Assembly: GCF_009914755.1 (NCBI RefSeq)
Contig: NC_060930.1
Length of the DNA stretch: 64,000 bases
Strand: one strand, 5' to 3'
From: the human T2T-CHM13v2.0 reference genome, Homo sapiens
The notes below the pieces were generated by a model. The model saw only the letters and a program-made list of their open reading frames with translations. It was not told the DNA's origin and made no database searches. This document shows, piece by piece, positions 58,051 to 64,000 of this stretch; position 1 is the first letter of the stretch, and each line of letters begins with the position of its first letter. Position numbers and translations under genes: made by a program.

Positions 58051-58258
58051 CGGCCTACAGCAGAAAGGAGTTTAGACGCTTGAGGGAAGAGGAAAAAGAG
58101 AGTTGGGGCAGGGAAGAGGTTGCAACTGGATGTACTTTGACATCAATTTTTAAAAACCCTAAACCAATCAAGCATTGTAAAAGTCCATACCTCATCTCAC
58201 CAAAAATCTATTACTCTGAAATCTACTATTGTTTTTCTTCTGAAATATATTACTGCCA

Positions 58259-58464
58259 TCTCCCTCCTCCCTCCCTCCCTCCCTCCCTCCCTCCCTCTCT
58301 CCCTCTCTTTCTCTCTTTCTTTCTCTCTTTCTTCTTTTCTTCCTTCCTTCCTTTCTTCCTTCCTTCCTTTCTTCCTTTCTTCCTTTCTTCCTTTCTTCCT
58401 TTCTTTCTCTCTTTCTCTCTTTCTCTCTTTCTCTCTTTCTTTCTTTCCTTTCTTTCTTTCTTTC
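58259..58464. repeat. ~200-bp pure polypyrimidine complex STR (CCCT/CTTT/CCTT)n
   Basis: Directly visible; expanded Alu tail. Confidence 0.97.
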
Positions 58465-58737
58465 TGACAGAGTCTCACTCTGTCACCCAGGCTGGAGTGC
58501 ATGGCACAATCTCGGCTCACAGCAACCTCTGCCTCCTGGGTTCAAGCAATTCTCTGCCTCAGTAGCTGGGATTACAGGCACCCACCACCATGCCCGGCTA
58601 TTTTTTTATTTTTATTTTTAGTAGAGACAGGGTTTCACCATCTTAGCCAGGCTGGTCTTGAACTCCTGACCTCATGATCCACCTGTCTTGGCCTTCCAAA
58701 GTGCTGGTATTACAGGCATGAGCCACCGCGCCCAACC
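58465..58737 (-). mobile_element. AluS
   Basis: Antisense Alu body following the STR. Confidence 0.9.
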
Positions 58738-58828
58738 TCTTTTCTTTTTTGAATAACTGTACCTACCTTTTTTCTTATCTGTGTTTCCAAATTATGGCTC
58801 TTACCTCATATGAGGTCTTATATCTCTC

Positions 58829-59171
<343 letters not shown>

Positions 59172-62049
59172 TAATTTCCTACATGTTAATAACTCCTCTC
59201 ATCACTGTGAAGCCTGCAATGTCCTTCATGTTCCCATCCAGTGAGGAGTCCAGTTTCCTTTTGACTATATCATGCTTTAGGAGGGATGCCCTTGAATGTT
59301 TTTTGAATGCGTTTGTCCTTAAATCACTGTTGACTATAAATATATATTTATATATATACACACACAAATAGCCAAAGGAAGATATCGTTTAAGTCTGAGA
59401 CCAAAACTAGGCAAGGTTTTCTGTCTTTATTTTGTATTTTTGTACGCATTACAGTGTTAGACAGCTTTTAATTAGCCTCGCTGAGTAAAACTGCTGCTGA
59501 TGGATTTTTCTTTGTGGGTGGGGGTGGATGCTCAGTTTTCTACCCTGATTACTAATTATTATTGTCTTTGCCTTTCAAATCAAATCATAGTTTTGAAATC
59601 ACAGAGCTCGATTTAACTGCAGCCTGATGACTCTATAATAATTTTGAGGAATATTGTGCAAGATTCTACTTTCCCTGATTTCTATTTGTTATGAGCTCAT
59701 ATTTATGAATGGAAGTGTGCAGTCCAGTCTGATCTATGGCTTGTTACAAATGTGGAATATGTATGCGTTGCTGTTTCTGCCTTCTTTGCAACACACCACC
59801 ACCGTGATTCATGTGTAAACAGGAGGCCGCTTCTCCTCAGTCCTTCCCTTCCATCTTGTCCATGTGCTTCACAATTACAGCCAGTTGAGGAGGCGAAGTA
59901 CACAGAGGCCACTGAGTTATTTTACATGCTGTGGGCTGCCAGCACATTGTGAATCCCTAGGGATCCCCGAAGCCCATTACCAACCCAGTGAATCACTCTG
60001 TTTGCTTTTCCGCAAAAAAGAAATGTGCAGCTGCGTACTTCTGCCACGGACTTTGGAATTTTGTTCCCTCTTCCATCTGCGTTTTGTGTAAAGAAATTCT
60101 GCCGGAATAATTACTTGTCTGTCCCCTTTGCTCATTCCCAACATAATCATTCTTCAACCTTCTGTTTCCAATTAGTTCTTATCTCAAATGGCTTATTGGC
60201 ATCAATCTGTTCTCAGCATCACCAAAGTGCACAAAACTACCCTGAAACATAGGGGAATCTAGATAAGGCTGAGGCTCACCCATCAATCCAGTGGAGTCTC
60301 CTCATTTCACCCCAGTGCCTTCCTTTTCTCAGGAAACCTGAGACAGGAGATGGTGTTGAGACAGGCTGTTGATATAGCACATTTTGGAGCAAAATGACAT
60401 CCATGAATATTGCAGGTACTGTGCAAGGTCTGCGAACATAGCCATTGTTGGACATCTGGTGTCAAAAAGAACTGTTTCAAAACAAGGTCACAGTGTTAAA
60501 TCATGGTGTAGACAGCTTCTGAGCAGTGTCGACTGCTGGAGAGGGTAACCGAGACCTGTTTGTCAATGGTTGCACTCTAAGTCTTGGTAGTCACTTTGAT
60601 CTGCAAACTGTTTTGCCACAGGATCATGACTAAAAGTGGGCTGAAAGAACTCTGCTGCCTTTATTAGTCAGCTAGGCATAAAGAGAGAGTGGTAATAGGG
60701 TCAGGCAAGAAAAACAGCACTTTCGAAAAGGCTAGTGAACTTGGCATGGCATGAACAAGCCCAAGGACACATGTTTGATAAACATGTAGTTACCTATGCT
60801 CAGACAAAAGAGGCTTTAGAACTTATACATCCAAAGTTCCTTTTTTTCTTCTTTTCCAAAGAAACTGACATCGAAGGGCATTAAATGGCTTTTCCAAAAT
60901 CATAACTAATTAATGGTAGAAGTTGAATTCCAATCTTTTTAACTCCTAGTAAAGTGCTCTTTCTAACAAGCTGCACTGCCAAGACCATGTCTGGAATAAC
61001 TCATTTAAAGCACAGGTCAAAACTGCTCTTTTTATTCCATGAGCATGTGGATTTCCCTCTCTTAGTCATTGCTTAGTTCTAGGACCACGGCCAATACTTG
61101 CCACATAGGAGACATTCAATAAATCTATATTTTCTGGAAGAATGGAGAAATGAATAGAACTACATTAAGGCACTAGCAGGCATTGAGTGCCTCCTATGGG
61201 CCAGACACATTTCATACAGTGTTTCATTTGCACCCCCATCTTGGGAATGGGTCCCTGGGACAAATCCCTCTTCCTGGGGTCTAAACTCTTCCAAGGAGAA
61301 GCCATTTTGTAATGAGATTTTTATCTGGACGCAAAATCAGCCCCTAAGGAATTTGAAAGTTGTATGCTTTAGGTATAGAATTACTGGAGGCAATTGACTA
61401 TGCCGCCACAGTTTAATTTCAGATTCACTGTAAATGTGGGATTGGATTTTATCTATCATTTTAAAAGATCTCTTTGGGTGGGGTTGCCCTGTCTTGCTGG
61501 CACCCCTTGAAAAACCCCACCCTTGAGCACTCCCTCACTCTAGATGTGATGAGGCTCCCCACCCCCACCTCCCCATCTCTCCTTGCCTCAGAGGAGTCAG
61601 GCTGCACTCAGCCCCATTGGACCTATAGTGCTGGCTGGGGCTTACTTGCAGCCTTTCTCCGGGACATACTGGACCACAGCACACACATTTTGCCTGGCAG
61701 CCTGTTCATGTCCCTCTGAGGATCCCTGATAGTTCTGTTTTTCTTCTGGCTTGCTAGAAGGGAAAAGGGTTTCTAAGGGTAAGTGGCTGTCAAGATAACA
61801 CCCCAGTCCTCCTTTGCCATTGGTGTGTCTCATGCCTGAAGTGGTAGAGATGTACACCCCTTAACATCCCTGGCTAACTGAAATTCTTTCCCTTTCCTTA
61901 TCTCCTCAGTGTTGGAGGAAAAAGTTGCCATTGAAACTCACTTGAGCTTTCATTCATACTCTGGTCAGTTCCTGTATAATGGTACTTTCGTGTACAGGGG
62001 AAGAAAAAGTTCTTTTACTTCCACTAAAAAAGAAAAATTGACTTTAAAG

Positions 62050-62220
62050 TAGGAGATAGTTGTTATCAACCCTATTTACATATGAAGAAACCAAGGTTTG
62101 AAGATGTTTCTATGTGTGCATGTGTGTCTCAAGATTCTCAACTAATTGATAGGAGAAAACAGAGTTAAAATACAAGTTGGTCTAATTCAGAAACCCAAAT
62201 TATTTCTGTGACACCAACCT
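62050..62220 (-). mobile_element. MIR relic
   Basis: TTATCAACCCTATTTACATATGAAGAAACCAAGGTTTG. Confidence 0.5.
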
Positions 62221-62773
62221 TTACATGAGAGAAGATAAACAGATATGAGAGTCAATACAGTCCCATTCTTGCAGATAATATACAAAATAAAAGAAAATCA
62301 ATAGTTGATTTGCAGAATTATAGCTCTTCCCACTCATACAATTACCAGAGAGAAAGAGAGAGAGAAATGCAGTTTTTATCCATATTAAAACACACACATA
62401 CACACACTCAAAACCGGCAAAATTTCATGATCAGTTCATTGCAAAGTGTGATTCTCCTAGGATGCCGTCAGCTTTCTTTGATTTTCTTTACATTTTGAGG
62501 CTCTATCACTGGTAAAAAGTGAGCTAATTGTGTCAAATGGTGGTTTATTAAAAGAAGTTATTGTTAATTCAGTGCCATAGAGAAATCAATGGATTTCACA
62601 CATTGCCAAAGCTCCTGTATCAGTTGATGTGCCACCTTTTCATTTATGTAAAAATTTAACTTCACAAAAATTATCATGGAAATATTAAGTTTTCTTTCAT
62701 AAATTGCTGTAGATAGTTTTCATGAAATCTCTTCATCTAAACTTACTAAAAAAAAAATTTTGGTCCTCTACAG

Positions 62774-62830
62774 GTATGGACAGAATAAAACCCACGATTT
62801 ATATGGTTCACATATTAGCCAAAGCAAGAG
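62774..62830 (+). other. Candidate 57-nt spliced exon (host transcript unknown)
   Basis: Branch-like TTACTAA, acceptor TTTTGGTCCTCTACAG, donor GAG|GTATGT; motif evidence only. Confidence 0.35.
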
Positions 62831-62948
62831 GTATGTTTGCAACCTAAGCTACTTATAAAAACAAACAAAGCTGCTTAGTTTTTCCTCTTATTTGCATATG
62901 CATTTATTTTTATATAGTTTTTGGTATTAAGAGGCCACAAACCCTTTA

Positions 62949-63363
<415 letters not shown>

Positions 63364-63384
63364 CTATGGCTTATTGATTGATTG

Positions 63385-63600
63385 ATTGACTATTTTGCAC
63401 ACAAGGTTTCAGGCACAGTACATTCACCATATGACCTCCTAACCTCCAGACAGCCTCCAGGGGAAATATTATTATCACTATTTTACAGATGAGGAAACTG
63501 AAGCTAACAAAGATTGAAGCACTTGTCTAAGCTCCTTCTTTAATATTTGTCAGAGCTGAGATTCAAACCCAACAATAACCACAAAGCTCTTGCGATGTCC
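63385..63600 (-). mobile_element. MIR
   Basis: ATTATCACTATTTTACAGATGAGGAAACTGAAGCT..CAGAGCTGAGATTCAAACCC. Confidence 0.8.
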
Positions 63601-63659
63601 AGCTTCATTTAATATTGTAAAGGATAGTTTCAAATTTCAAGCTAATAGTTTGATAAGTG

Positions 63660-64000
63660 ATAGGTAACCAACTCGCCTTTACAGGTTGCACAGCTAACTC
63701 TTGTCTTTCTTCTTGGCAAGTTATAGAGCTTTGGAATACAATTTTAATGCTTTAAAGATCTCCGTGAAGCCGGTTAAACACATCAGTCAAGGAAGTGTTT
63801 AAGTTACACACATATCAGCGTACACCGCTATATGGGGCGGAATTTGACACTTCGGCCTTGCTCTTATTCAAAATACAAAGCTATTTTTCTCAAGAAACGC
63901 AAAACGAAATAAAACAGACCACTTTTTTCTCATGTCTACAGACCACTTCATGTGTATATGATTTGACTGTTCAATATGGCAAACATATGATAATTTATTC
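63660..64000. promoter_or_regulatory. CpG-retaining promoter/enhancer-like segment
   Basis: 9 CpGs in ~235 bp of unique sequence, GC box GGGGCGGA, ETS AGGAAGTG and inverted forkhead TAAACA pair. Confidence 0.4.

Noticed and set aside
58047-58565. Longest ORF (172 aa) and its antisense 107-aa ORF
   Set aside because: Stop-free only because they cross a pyrimidine microsatellite and an Alu.

Overview
Human-type (primate) non-coding genomic DNA, AT-rich and dense in interspersed repeats. A young AluYb-lineage element points to human. I find no credible protein-coding gene: the ORFs in the track are Alu, L1, LTR or Tigger remnants, or chance ORFs. There is no CRISPR array or operon-like system, and I cannot name the host locus. 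Repeat content: 17 Alus, four L1 fragments, a Tigger1 carrying four nested insertions, Tigger8, MER30, a stack of hAT-Charlie elements, and about ten solo LTRs (MST/THE1/MLT1/MLT2, MER76, two ERV1 LTRs), plus many MIR/L2 relics. The best second-look items are: a tailless 5S rRNA retropseudogene nested in an MLT2 LTR that is itself nested in a MIR; a ~90-bp locally templated copy inserted into a THE1 LTR; a palindrome carrying two inverted TCF/LEF sites; a perfect 17-bp inverted repeat in an enhancer-like block near 14 kb; candidate + strand exons at 60-63 kb, one with recursive-splice-site architecture; and CpG-retaining promoter-like sequence at the right edge. I see no evidence for a wholly new biological system. 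Repeat subfamily names come from recalled consensus sequences and need RepeatMasker/Dfam confirmation.
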